From Macrostomum lignano (lineage: Eukaryota): a DNA stretch of 64,000 nt. The stretch lies in NCBI GenBank assembly GCA_002269645.1, contig NIVC01003373.1:37296-101295 (forward strand). The letters are read 5' to 3'. This document shows positions 48,615-60,900 of the stretch, in pieces. Both the position numbers and the translations under genes were made by a program. The notes beneath the pieces were generated by a model. It was not told the origin of the DNA and did no database searches. It saw only the letters and a program-made list of their open reading frames with translations. Numbering within the stretch: the first letter of the stretch is position 1; every line of letters begins with the position of its first letter.

Positions 48615-50445
48615 GATGGGCTGATTGAGAGTGCTCAGAGTAGGGCTGATTGAGAGTGCTCAGAGTAGGGCTGATTGAGAGTGCTCAGAGTAGGGCTGAT
48701 TGAGAGTGCTCAGAGTAGGGCTGATTGAGAGTGCTCAGAGTAGGGCTGATTGAGAGTGCTCAGAGTAGGGCTGAATGGGAGTGCTCAGAGTAGGGCTGAA
48801 TGGGAGTGCTCAGAGTAGGGCTGAATGGGAGTGCTCAGAGTAGGGCTGATTGAAAGTGATCAGAGTAGGGCTGATTGAGAGTGCTCAGAGTAGGGCTGAA
48901 TGGGAGTGCTCAGAGTAGGGCTGAATGGGAGTGCTCAGAGTAGGGCTGAATGAGAGTGCTCAGAGTAGGGCTGATTGAAAGTTATCAGAGTAGGGCTGAT
49001 TGAGAGTGCTCAGAGTAGGGCTGAATGGGAGTGCTCAGAGTAGGGCTGATTGAAAGTGATCAGAGTAGGGCTGAATGGGAGTGCTCAGAGTAGGGCTGAA
49101 TGGGAGTGCTCAGAGTAGGGCTGATTGAAAGTGATCAGAGTAGGGCTGAATGGGAGTGCTCAGAGTAGGGCTGATTGAGAGTGCTCAGAGTAGGGCTGAA
49201 TGGGAGTGCTCAGAGTAGGGCTGATTGAAAGTGATCAGAGTAGGGCTGATTGAGAGTGCTCAGAGTAGGGCTGAATGGGAGTGCTCAGAGTAGGGCTGAA
49301 TGGGAGTGCTCAGAGTAGGGCTGAATGGGAGTGCTCAGAGTAGGGCTGATTGAAAGTGATCAGAGTAGGGCTGATTGAGAGTGCTCAGAGTAGGGCTGAA
49401 TGGGAGTGCTCAGAGTAGGGCTGAATGGGAGTGCTCAGAGTAGGGCTGAATGGGAGTGCTCAGAGTAGGGCTGATTGAAAGTGATCAGAGTAGGGCTGAT
49501 TGAGAGTGCTCAGAGTAGGGCTGAATGGGAGTGCTCAGAGTAGGGCTGATTGAAAGTGATCAGAGTAGGGCTGAATGGGAGTGCTCAGAGTAGGGCTGAT
49601 TGAGAGTGCTCAGAGTAGGGCTGAATGGGAGTGCTCAGAGTAGGGCTGAATGGGAGTGCTCAGAGTAGGGCTGAATGGGAGTGCTCAGAGTAGGGCTGAA
49701 TGGGAGTGCTCAGAGTAGGGCTGAATGGGAGTGCTCAGAGTAGGGCTGAATGAGAGTGCTCAGAGTAGGGCTGAATGGAAGTGCTCAGAGTAGGGCTGAA
49801 TGAGAGTGCTCAGAGTAGGGCTGATTGAGAGTGCTCAGAGTAGGGCTGAATGAGAGTGCTCAGAGTAGGGCTGGCTGAATGAGAGTGCTCAGAGTAGGGC
49901 TGAATGGGAGTGCTCAGAGTAGGGCTGATTGAGAGTGCTCAGAGTAGGGCTGATTGAGAGTGCTCAGAGTAGGGCTGAATGGGAGTGCTCAGAGTAGGGC
50001 TGATTGAAAGTGATCAGAGTAGGGCTGAATGAGAGTGCTCAGAGTAGGGCTGATTGAGAGTGCTCAGAGTAGGGCTGAATGGGAGTGCTCAGAGTAGGGC
50101 TGAATGGGAGTGCTCAGAGTAGGGCTGAATGGGAGTGCTCAGAGTAGGGCTGAATGGGAGTGCTCAGAGTAGGGCTGAATGGAGTGCTCAGAGTAGGGCT
50201 GAATGAGAGTGCTCAGAGTAGGGCTGAATGGGAGTGCTCAGAGTAGGGCTGAATGAGAGTGCTCAGAGTAGGGCTGATTGAGAGTGCTCAGAGTAGGGCT
50301 GAATGAGAGTGCTCAGAGTAGGGCTGGCTGAATGAGAGTGCTCAGAGTAGGGCTGAATGGGAGTGCTCAGAGTAGGGCTGAATGAGAGTGCTCAGAGTAG
50401 GGCTGATTGAGAGTGCTCAGAGTAGGGCTGAATGGGAGTGCTCAG
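48615..50445. repeat. 1.8-kb 25-bp minisatellite
   Basis: Unit GAGTGCTCAGAGTAGGGCTGA(TTGA/ATGG). Confidence 0.97.
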
Positions 50446-50814
50446 AGAAGAATCCAAAGCTAATGCTAGAGAAAAACTCACCGTTAAGTAAGTTAAGTAA
50501 CGATTCTCAGCAGTTTGGTACACATTCTGGTTTGAAGGGCATTATGAGGCTTATGATCTGCTGCGAGTGTGAGGCCATTTCATTATTTTTTAGGTGAATA
50601 ACGCCTCGGTGAATGCAAGCGACTGGTTGATTGGTGCTTGATAAATTATTGAAACAGTTTCACTGAAAACTTCTAACTAAACCAGACTGCCATTTTGGTA
50701 TTAAATCTATTTCAGTTTTCATATTCTCCCTAAACTGGTTCTGTGTTATGCTATTGTTAGCACATAGACTGTTGAAGTACCTTGATACTCAGTTTCTTTT
50801 TCCTCAGTTCCTTT

Positions 50815-51030
50815 GGCACACACAGCTACAGCACTTAAAACAGCTACAGCACAAACAGCTACAGCACACACAGCTACAGCACACACAGCTACAGCACACA
50901 CAGCTACAGCACTTAAAACAGCTACAGCACAAACAGCTACAGCACACACAGCTACAGCACACACAGCTACATCACACAGCTACAGCACACAGCTACAGCA
51001 CACAGCTACAGCACACACAGCTACAGCATG
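50815..51030. repeat. 15-bp minisatellite
   Basis: Unit CACACAGCTACAGCA. Confidence 0.92.
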
Positions 51031-51068
51031 CAAATTATCCCTAATTGCCTCAATTCGCATCCTCTCAG

Positions 51069-51561
51069 ACCCGAAGGCCCCCCGTTCCATGAGCGCTGGG
51101 ACGCCGTTCGCCTCATCGGCCGCGGAGGCTTCGGCGAAGTCCACGAAGTTCGAACTGACACGGGCGTCACGTGCGCTGCCAAGACTCTCAGACTGCCTGT
51201 GCAGCTCGGTGATGAACTGCCCTCTGTGAGCACAGAGATCCAAAGAGCTGTCGAGAGCGAGAGAAACCTGTGCCAACATCGTCAGGTTCTTGCACATCGC
51301 TCAGCCGGAGCCCGCCACAGTCGTAGTGTTCATGGAGCTGCTGGACGGCCGAAGCTTGGAGAGGTTTATCGACAACAAGCCGCTGGACGAACCAAAGATT
51401 CGTGAGTTCAGCGTGTAGGCGACCATTGTGCATCCTTGATGCTCCTGTTCCATGTTCCCATGAATGATGACTGCTCACTGACCGACCGCTCGCAGATCTG
51501 CCGCGCGCTACTCTACCTGCACAGCCGGCAGCCGCCCGTGATCCACAGATCCGCTAACAGT
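51069..51561 (+). pseudogene. Ser/Thr kinase N-lobe pseudogene, STE/MAP3K-like
   Basis: IGRGGFGEVH, AAK, /shift near 51270/ ANIVRF..VFMELLDGRSLE, stop at 51415-51417, then ICRALLYLHS..VIHR-SAN with the catalytic Asp deleted. Confidence 0.85.
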
Positions 51562-53211
51562 ATGTCGGTACCTTTGCAACTGCCACCGCCGGAGCCTTTT
51601 GATAAACAGAAAGAGCCACATAACCTATCGGCAAGGTGGGCAGAATTGGCCAACCGTCTCAAGTGCTTCGTCACTTCATGCGGCATCGAGGACCCTACTC
51701 TACTTTTTTCCATTCGCAGTTAATTGAGCCTTTATCCAGATGAACCTTTTGGGAATGAACCCAGGCAGTAATCAACTAAATGTTCCTGCGAGAATAGAAA
51801 ATGTTAGAACTAGTCATGAAGTTGCTATAAATTCATGGAAGCAAGCAATCCATGTCCTGCGAAGTTGAAAGTCCTCAGGTTTGAATTCTGATGGAGAATG
51901 GGGAAGCTGTGTTGAGCTAGAATCTGATGGTGAATGGGGAAACTGTGCTAAGCTTGGATCTGATGAAGCAGAGAGCGGCAATCATTGCACAAGAGTTTTG
52001 CATTGGTTTCCACAGAAGTATTGAAGCACATTGGAGTTCATTCATTAGCTGAGGCAGGGTTCGTGTCCTCAGATTTGCCGGCTTGGCACTCGCATTGACT
52101 GAAAGCAAAGTCCTGACAGTTGAATTGGGATGCATTACAGCACAAATACTTCACTTCATCATGTTGCAGAATTGCAATAAATGCCAAGCATTAGCAATAT
52201 GTTGGCTTCTCAAACCTCCCAGTGAGTTTGGCTAAAGTTTTTTTTCGGAATCGTATCGAAAGACTCTGCGCCTCATGTCAGTTTTTTGCTCTCCAAGAGC
52301 AGTAAAAGTCTCTTAAAGCAGATAAGCACTTATCAGTGCCCCGTGCATAATGGTGAAGCAATCTTAAAGTATGAACCTTTTGATAATTCATGACTGCCCC
52401 CAAGCCGAATCATGTGCATTTGAGTTTCTTATAAGTTAAACTTCTTCAGCTGATAACTTGTCTGCACATTTTCCATGCATTAGCCATGAGTACTTGGTTT
52501 TCATGATTTTATTAGAATGGAAAATCAGATCCATGACTTGCAGAGGCTGAGAGGCTGTCTTGGAGTGGAGCCTTTTGTTTCAAAGGCCTGGCTAAGCATG
52601 TTAGCTCGTACCTGTCGGAGTCACCTGACCGAGGCAGGCAGAGGTCGAACTGGACACTGGAGTGTAAGCGAGATGTCTCACGAAGACGATGACCAAACAA
52701 GAGCTTCAGATTCGCAGCAAGGACAGACCGAAACAAAAACAAAAGAGCCGCAGGTCGCGCATAAAATCAGACCCAGGAGAAAACAAAATAAGTTGAGACA
52801 CCGAAGCCGCAACGCAGCTCAGAGCAAGCTCTTCCCAATAAGAGAGTCGCAAAGAGCTGACCTGAGGAGAGCAGCTAGCCAAATGTAGCCCCAGGAATCA
52901 GCTGACACTGACGTCAAGGGTCGAAAGCAACACTGGGCAAGAGAGCTGCATGAGCAGCTGTTACACTGTTGACTATTTTGAGCAGCTGTGCGATCTTGTG
53001 CTGTTCAGAAATCCCTTGCTGCTTTCGCCTTGCATGTGATCATGATTAAGCCAGCTGGCTCCACTTTATAATACTATAAGAACTTATTAAAGATAAAGTT
53101 GCTTCTTTTGTTTGAATTTGAAGCCGAAAAAATCTGAGAAATTACTTTAGCTCTTATTATGCAAAATTTAAAATTAAGTGTGTAAAATTCTAATCGGGTT
53201 GAGCTTATAAG

Positions 53212-53478
53212 GTGCTGAGAGATTCTGAGATGCTAAGAGATTCTGAGATGCTAAGAGATTCTGAGATGCTAAGAGATTCTGAGATGCTAAGAGATTCTGA
53301 GATGAGGACAGATTATGAGATGATGACAGATTCTGAGATGATGGGAGATTCTGAGATGAGGACAGATTCTGAGATGAGGACAGATTATGAGATGAGGACA
53401 GATTCTGAGATGAGGACAGATTTTGAGATGATGACAGATTCTGAGGTTATGAGAGATTCTGAGATGCTGAGAGATTCA
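53212..53478. repeat. 18-bp minisatellite
   Basis: Unit GATTCTGAGATG(CTAAGA/AGGACA). Confidence 0.92.
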
Positions 53479-54314
53479 TAGCGAGAGCATCGCCGAATAT
53501 ACGTAAACAAGCAGGCCTTCAAATAATTTTGCGTTAATTGATCCCGCTTCTTTCACTGGTTGGAATATCGGCTTCACTCGCTAAGCGTCACCTACATTCC
53601 CCAGACCCCTAGTGGTCCGGACCGCCACAAGTCACATCCGGATAGCTTACCCAGCATCTTTGAGCAACCCGTACCCGTGACTGCCTGAACCTGGTCCTTT
53701 GCCTAAAGCTTTTTAGTGGCCTTAAACTCCAGGCTATCACGGAAGTTCACCAATACTCACTGCCAGCCCTACCAATTCTACTGAGGTCTGTTGCCCTGCG
53801 GAACCAGCATTGCGCTCTGTCAACAGTGCCGGTTCTTCCGGACGAGCTGCTTAGCACGGACCACTGGCTCGAGTCGCTCTTTGAGGCGATTCTTATTCTG
53901 AGATCAGACAGTTCCGCCCTTTTTGCCAGCTGTAAAACTTGACTCAATGTACGGCTGAGGAGGAAGCCCTCACCTGTTGCTCTTGTTGCTTCTACCATTT
54001 TTAAACCAATTGGGTGCTTCTGATTGATTTGCGCTACGGCGCTGACCGGCGTTTGTGTACGCTGCCCACCCCCTCGTGTGTTTGCATCTCCCCTCGCCAA
54101 CACGCACCCCTCCTTCTCGTGGGGGTGGGGCCGGGGGGGGGGTTTTATGCCGTGTTTTAGGGCAGTTGCCTTGCTTCCTTGGTTGATTTTTTTAAGATTC
54201 GTAGAATATTGCATGACGAATGAACGGGGTCAGCTTGCCGGTTTCTTTTGACTCTTTCGACTTCCTCGCTGAGAACTTAAAAGTAGCTGACCACTGTAGC
54301 CCTCTCAAACTGGA

Positions 54315-54590
54315 AGGCAACATTTTAAATCTACACCTCTTACCTTCCAACTCTCTGAACCTGAGACGAAGCTGCTAAATAAGAGACTCGATTTTATTCC
54401 AACCCAAGCTCCTGACACTGATGATCTGGGAACTGTATGCTGGAATTTCATTGCACACTTTTTCAGAAAGACTTTTTCAAACAAAGGGATCTTACCAAAA
54501 GCAGCCTCCCCCTTAGAGAAATCAATGAAGAAGGTTTCCCCTGGATTTCAAAGTAATGAGTGCAACCTGTTTGCTCTTGAGAACCAGAAA
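54315..54590 (+). mobile_element. Penelope-like element N-terminal remnant
   Basis: NILNL/..LSEPETKLLNKRLDFIPT resembles the PLE NLS..L...E..LL.KGL.F.PT motif; frameshifted. Confidence 0.55.
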
Positions 54591-55011
54591 CTCGTAAATG
54601 ATCCATACCCGACTAGATCGGATGCTGAGATAATAAAACCGAGTAAAAAATAATAAAACTGGCCGAGTGACGTTGCTGTGTAAAGGTTTAATCAAAGAAT
54701 GCTACTGTAAGTAGAGCAATGCACACATGCGCAGCAAAACTTAAGCTATGAATCAAGTTACTATTTATATCTAACAAATGACACCCGCACCTCCTACACG
54801 CATTGCTCTGCACAGCTCGCAGTGCTGCACGGTCTGTGGATCATATGTGTAGCAGCCTATGAGATTCAGCACAGCCATCCCGTGGCAGTCGCAGCCCGCA
54901 GTCCTGCTTCCAGCCTTCGCTGAGGAGTAGTAGCTGTGCACCAGTTGGAGGCCAGGGTCGCAAAAGCCGAATCTGTTGCCAGCAGGCGTGTCAGCGATAG
55001 GCAGCACAGGG

Positions 55012-55990
55012 AGGGGGCAAATCGGACATCAGGGAGGTGGCAATTCGGACATCAGGGAGGTGGCAAATCGGACATCAGGGAGGTGGAAATTAAATCGGAC
55101 ATCAAGGAGGTGGCAATTAAATCGGACATCAGGGAGGTGGCAATTAAATCGGACATCAGGGAGGTGGCAATTAAATCGGACATCAAGGAGGTGGCAATTA
55201 AATCGGACATCAGGGAGGTGGCAATTAAATCGGACATCAAGGAAGTGGCAATTAAATCGGACATCAGGGAAGTGGCAATTAAATCGGACATCAAGGAGGT
55301 GGCAATTAAATCGGACATCAGGGAGGTGGCAAATAGGACATCAGGGAGGTGGCAATTAAATCGGACATCAGGGAGGTGGCAATTAAATCGAACATCAGGG
55401 AGGTGGCAATTAAATCGGACATCAGGGAGGTGGCAATTAAATCGGACATCAGGGAGGTGGCAAATCGGACATCAGGGAGGTGGCAATTAAATCGGACATC
55501 AGGGAGGTGGCAATTAAATCGGACATCAGGGAGGTGGCAATTAAATCGGACATCAGGGAGGTGGCAATTAAATCGGACATCAGGGAGGTGGCAATTAAAT
55601 CGGACATCAAGGAGGTGGCAATTAAATCGGACATCAGGGAAGTGACAAATCGGACATCAGGGAAGTGACAAATCGGACATCAGGGAGCTGGCAATTAAAT
55701 CGGACATCAGGGAGGTGGCACATCGGACATCAGGGAGGTGGCACATCGGACATCAGGGAGGTGGCACATCGGAAATCAGGGAGGTGGCACATCGGACATC
55801 AGGGAGGTGGCACATCGGAAATCAGGGAGGGGGCAAATCGGAAATCAGGGAGGTGGCACATCGGAAATCAGGGAGGTGGCACATCGGAAATCAGGGAGGT
55901 GGCACATCGGAAATCAGGGAGGTGGCACATCGGACATCAGGGAGGTGGCACATCGGAAATCAGGGAGGTGGCAAATCGGAAATCAGGGAG
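55012..55990. repeat. Second array of the 23/27-bp satellite
   Basis: Same unit as 39862-43635, followed by the same unique flank. Confidence 0.96.
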
Positions 55991-57083
55991 TTCGCTTCAT
56001 CTTCAATAGCAGATTAGCAGTAGCAGATTCTCCCAATATAACTTGCAATGTGTCGAGTAGGAAAGAGAAAAAAATGGTTTCGCTACTTCCAGTAATATGT
56101 ACTGTATAAGCTACATGTATGTAATAAGCTTTCATACTACTTAAAAAATTAATGCACATTTTTAAGCAGTCTGCATAGCTACACAACAAATAACAAATAA
56201 AGAGTCGTAACTTTGCGGGAAAAACATTTATTGATGATCCCACAAAATGGTACTGTAACAGGTTATCATAGGTAGTCTCTGAAGGCCTCTCACGCCAGCT
56301 ACCTTACACGCCTGCTACCCCTCTGCCTCGGCAGACAGAAACTTCGAAGAGCTGAGACAAGTCCTTCTCTTAGGTTTGAGCTCAAACTTTACTATACTCG
56401 GCAGTGGAGAAGCATTGTGCTGGGGGCAGTGTTGGGGTGGTGGCGTGATATTTTTTCGCCCCACCCATCTTGTTTGCTTGTTTGCATATATAGCTAGTTA
56501 GATGAATTAACACAGAGAGGGCACGCTGGGTCTGTGTGGCTGTTTTAGTGCAGGCAAATGGGTGGGTCTAACATGAAATATTTATGATAAGTTTGTAATA
56601 GCATGTACTCGTATCAGCATCAGCAACCTTTGATTTATACTGTGCAGTTTTAGTGAAAATTGGTTAATGAAAGTGAACCTCGTTCATGAACCTTATTTGT
56701 TTTTTGTACACCGTGTATAACCATATGCTGAAAGACAGTTTTTTGCACATTAATTAAGCCACCCGGAATTATCATCAATTGTTCTGTTAGACAGCCTTTG
56801 GTTTCGCTTTGCAGTGACGCTTAGGCGGTTGCCATGGCAGTCACTGTGAAAGCTACTCACACGGATCGCCACGGGAAGGCTGCTGTCTGTGGATCCGCGC
56901 ACTACTGTTTTTTGTTGCTTTTGTTGTTTTTATTGTTTTTTTTTGTTTTTTGCACATTAACAGAATGCAAATAAACAAACATAAACAAAAACAAGAAACA
57001 TGCAGAAAGGAGATGGAGAGTAAAAAAGCAGCAGTGCGAGAGCTACCTCAAGTACGAGCATATACAGTTTGTTTGCAATTTAT

Positions 57084-57413
57084 TCAATGATTATTACCAG
57101 AGTTTAAATATTGAGTAATATTGTCAATGGTTTGAAATATCCTACTGGGATCTTCTCTAAAATAGTTCCAGAAACGATCACCCGCCACCCAAAAGACAGC
57201 AACAGAAAGTCTATTAAAATTTCCGCTTCTTAATCCATTAAAAATATCACGGAAAAAATAAACAACTGCGAATATCGTAGTCGGATTTGCTCTTAAATAA
57301 TTACATGAATAAATTGCAACGTTACTGAAGATACTCCACATGTCGCTGTCGCGCACAAAACGCGCAGCAGCAGAGCTTCCGCTAAGGCTTTGGATTTCGA
57401 CAGCGGAGGACAT
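57084..57413 (-). CDS. Orphan 109-aa intronless protein, paralog B
   Basis: Shares DMWSI.SNVA and NY.REDPSRIFQTID with paralog A; AATAAA overlaps the stop codon. Confidence 0.8.
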   Translation of the reverse strand: MSSAVEIQSLSGSSAAARFVRDSDMWSIFSNVAIYSCNYLRANPTTIFAVVYFFRDIFNGLRSGNFNRLSVAVFWVAGDRFWNYFREDPSRIFQTIDNITQYLNSGNNH

Positions 57414-57466
57414 GTGTGATAGTGTGATAGTAGCACTAAAACTTCTTCACTCGCCCAAAGCTGTAA

Positions 57467-57518
57467 TTTTATAAGAAACGTCTCTTCTCAGCCCTCGGCA
57501 ATGGTCTGCTCCCATTGG
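57467..57518 (-). promoter_or_regulatory. Pol II core promoter of orphan paralog B
   Basis: CCAAT at 57518-57514 and TATAAAA at 57473-57467. Confidence 0.75.
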
Positions 57519-57724
57519 CTGGGTCACACAGCCATTCGCTGCAAGGCCAAGCAGTACGAGCCATCGCACTGCAGGCTTCTCAACACTATAGCGGAATTTC
57601 GTCTATTGCTCACGCTTGTACAGTGATAAAAAAAATTCAGAGAAATGAGGCCTCAATTGATGAGGAGAGAGTGAAGAGTAATCGCTAGAGTTGGATTAGA
57701 ATTGGAACACATCTGAAGGCTCAA

Positions 57725-57955
57725 ATTCTGTGTTCACCAATACTGCATTCACCAATTCTGTGTTCACCGATGCTGTGTTCACCGATGCTGTGTTCACCAA
57801 TACTGTGTTCACCAATACTGTGTTCACCAATGCTGTGTTCACCAATGCTGTGTTCACCAATACTGTGTTCACCAATACTGTGTTCACCAATACTGTGTTC
57901 ACCAATACTGTGTTCACAGATGCTGTGTTCACCAATGCTGTGTTCACCAATGCTT
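57725..57955. repeat. 15-bp minisatellite
   Basis: Unit CTGTGTTCACCAAT(A/G); only about 4 copies at the paralogous 46185-46250. Confidence 0.92.
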
Positions 57956-60900
57956 ATGCTTAAAAATTTGTAATTAAAATACTTTTAAATACGTTCTATC
58001 CTTGCGGCCTTTTTTTCTGCAAAAATTAAGATCAAAAAGTCTTTATGATGACGCGGCGAGTCAAGATATGGGATCCCTAAAGTAGGAGAAGTGAGGAGAG
58101 AGGTAGAGAGAGAGGTAGTCGGAAATTGTCACCGTTTGATTGTCACTGACTTTCATTTTCATTGACTTTATCCAACATTTCTATTGACTTGCCATCATAC
58201 AGGTTCATTCACACTACCGACTCGTTTTGCTTGCAAAAATTGATTCGTTCCATTCTGATGCTTTTGTTAAAAAAGTGTAGCATTGTAAGACTCCACTAAC
58301 TTTGGCACCACCCAGTGTAGAAGTGCTTTTTTAAGTAAAATATCACCAAATTTTAATCTTAAAAGCTCTCGATTTCATACTTATGCAATCGCTGGTCTCT
58401 GTTTGCTGTTTGTTTTAAATGTCGAAAGCTCGAGCTGACAAATTCTTTCCTCTGGTCTGAGCGAACTCTTCGCGGCCTGCATTTTGTGCTTTTCAGACCT
58501 CACTACTTCTGCTGCTGAAAGCTTGCTAGTCCTTAGTGGTCTTTTACAGCACATCGCGTCAGTCAGTCAGTCGCGTCGGGGCGAGTTGCGGCACGAAGCT
58601 CTGAGCTCGACAGCTTTTGTCTCCAAAGCCTGTCACTGCTACTGCATGAATTGAGGCTCTGGATTTTGCTATCTGATAACTCATTATACCCTCCCAATGC
58701 AGACAGCGTAGCAGAGTCTATACTGCCCAGTGTGTGGACTTCAATTCTTATACTGAGTTGTAGCTCGTATAGCTATGGAGTTTTTGCTCAGCTCAAACTC
58801 AGGCTGGCGCAAGCAGGTAGCTGCAGAGTAGGTGGGGCTTCATTGTCTGCCCCACTCTTGCCAGCGGTAAAATTCCACTGCTCTGACAATGGCTGGCGGG
58901 TCGCTGCACTTGGCTGGCGGGATGAGTGAGTGAGTCATTCAGTACTGCCATTTTTTTGTCCGAGTTTGCTAATATTCTTGCCGCTGAGTTTTGCACTCAA
59001 CCGAACTCGCCATGTGTGCCCTTCATAGAGATCGTTGAATTGTGAGTAGAGTCCCCAATTCCATTGCTCCAGTGTCTCTGCGTTCCTTCACTATCTTTTC
59101 TTTCTCTCTCTCCCTCACACTCCCTCTGTCTCCCTCTCCCCCACTCTCCCTCTCACTCTCCCTCTCTCCCTCTCTCCTCATCTCTCTCCTCATCTCTCTC
59201 CCTCTCTCTCCCTCACTCCCTCTCCCCCATTATCCCTCTCACCCACTCTCCCGCTCACTCCCTCCCTATCACAAAATTCCCTGTGCTGTGTCACGATTGA
59301 GATTCCCTATGCTGCGTAGGATTGAAGTGCTTTTGTGAGTAAAATATCTCCACATTTCAATCATAAAAGTTCGACATCATACTTTCTACAATCTTAGAAT
59401 TCTGCTTTCAATATGCAGCTCCAACGATAGCTCAAGGTGAAAATTTTTTCCCTGGTCTGAGTGAACTGTTAGCGGCCTGCGCTTTGTGCTCTTTAAAATT
59501 GCTTTGAATGCAGACCGATCACTTCTCTTGATTTATTACTTGTGGCTTACAGGCAAACTTTGGCATCACATCGTTTCATGTGAGGATGGATAATCGCATG
59601 CTCACTAACTGATTGCATTACAGTGACATATGCGAAAGTTCTGTGTCGTTCGTCCATGATTTTTCTAGACAGTTACTTACCATATATAATTTGTATAATT
59701 ATTAGCCGCATGATTAAAAAACAATAAGATTCACATCATAACGGATATCCATCTTTGGCTAACTTCGAAGCAGCTTCGCCTCCGTGAAGATATCCGTGTC
59801 GATATCGGGTCGCTCGCTGTCGCTGTCAGTGTCATCTTCAGTCAGGTCGGCATCGCTAAGCAGTGCGAGTCCGCTGCCGCAGCTGTCAGACCAGCTCATC
59901 ATCGGCGGCTTCAGCGGTCTTCGAGCAGCCCCAGATCCACCGCCATTACCTCCTTTTGTTTAGCATCATGAGAGCAAAAACACAGTTTCTGTCGGTCTTA
60001 AAAAATTTCTACGGATACAAGTATATTTCAGCTCTCGTGTTCTTGTCTGGTATTCTAGTTCCCATCATGAATTAAAGCTCAGCTGGCTAATTTTTAAACG
60101 CCATCATCTCATTGCAGCAAACTCTACAAGAATCTTCGAGGGGGTTGTGAATGAGAAGGCTCGCCCGAGACACACCCCCTGTGTAAAAATGGAGGCACCT
60201 GCAGAAATTAGTTTTAGCATACAACAAAACTTGAAATTAAAAAATGTCTTGAAAGATAATGAGTTACTTTACCACGAGCACCGGGACATATAATATTCGA
60301 TATATATTTATATCGACAATCTGTCTTCAGACACGTTTGAATCTGAATCTGCTTTACAGCAATTCGTTCTCCGTTTTCAGTTACGAATGTCCTGAAGGCT
60401 GTGCATGGCAAGGCTCGTCTTGCTCAGAGTCTGCACCCTAAACACGGGCGACGGCAAGCACCCCCGGCCCCGCTAACAGTGATTGGCCAGCCAATCTACA
60501 CTTATTACTAATATTAGGCAGTAGCAAAATTTTAATGTTTCATTACAGAAAAATGGTGATAAAGTAATCATGGTATCGTATTGCAAATTAGTAAAATATT
60601 TAAGCCCTATTGCAGCAGTAATACGAGCTAAAATCATTCCTATTACTGAAATGAATGAGATTTTCTAATTCGTATATGCTGTGTTTTATACCGAAGCGGC
60701 TGCGATTTAAGCAGGTACGACATTTCGTGCTATGGGCATAATCTTCGACTAGAAAGCTTTAAGAAATGAATTAGCACATTTAGCTCTGAAAGCGTAATTA
60801 TTTTTGGCTTATTTTAAAGCCCCTAACGATTCTAACTATTATAACTATAACTATTCTAATTAATATTGACTAATGAAATTGATTCAGAACAATCAATATC

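Larger units (their letters stand above)
55012..58235 (+). other. Segmental duplicate of about 39862-46540, direct orientation
   Basis: Collinear matches 55985-56280 / 43875-44228, 56690-56900 / 45030-45592, orphan gene and promoter, 58030-58230 / 46315-46540. Confidence 0.92.

Noticed and set aside
39862-50445. CRISPR-like appearance of 21-35-bp arrays
   Set aside because: Units are head-to-tail with no unique spacers, there are no cas genes, and the context is eukaryotic
53747-54214. 155-aa minus-strand ORF
   Set aside because: No recognisable domain; may be leader sequence of the adjacent Penelope remnant
58799-59040. L2/CR1-type LINE remnant (VQNSAARIL)
   Set aside because: Single short motif; the expected downstream LHWLP segment is absent
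59757-59960. Acidic coding-like block on the minus strand (..SDADLTEDDTDSDSERPD..)
   Set aside because: About 65 codons, no ATG-led ORF and no gene it can be linked to
60214-60411. Kinase subdomain II-like TENGERIAVKQI
   Set aside because: No glycine-rich loop and no later subdomains found
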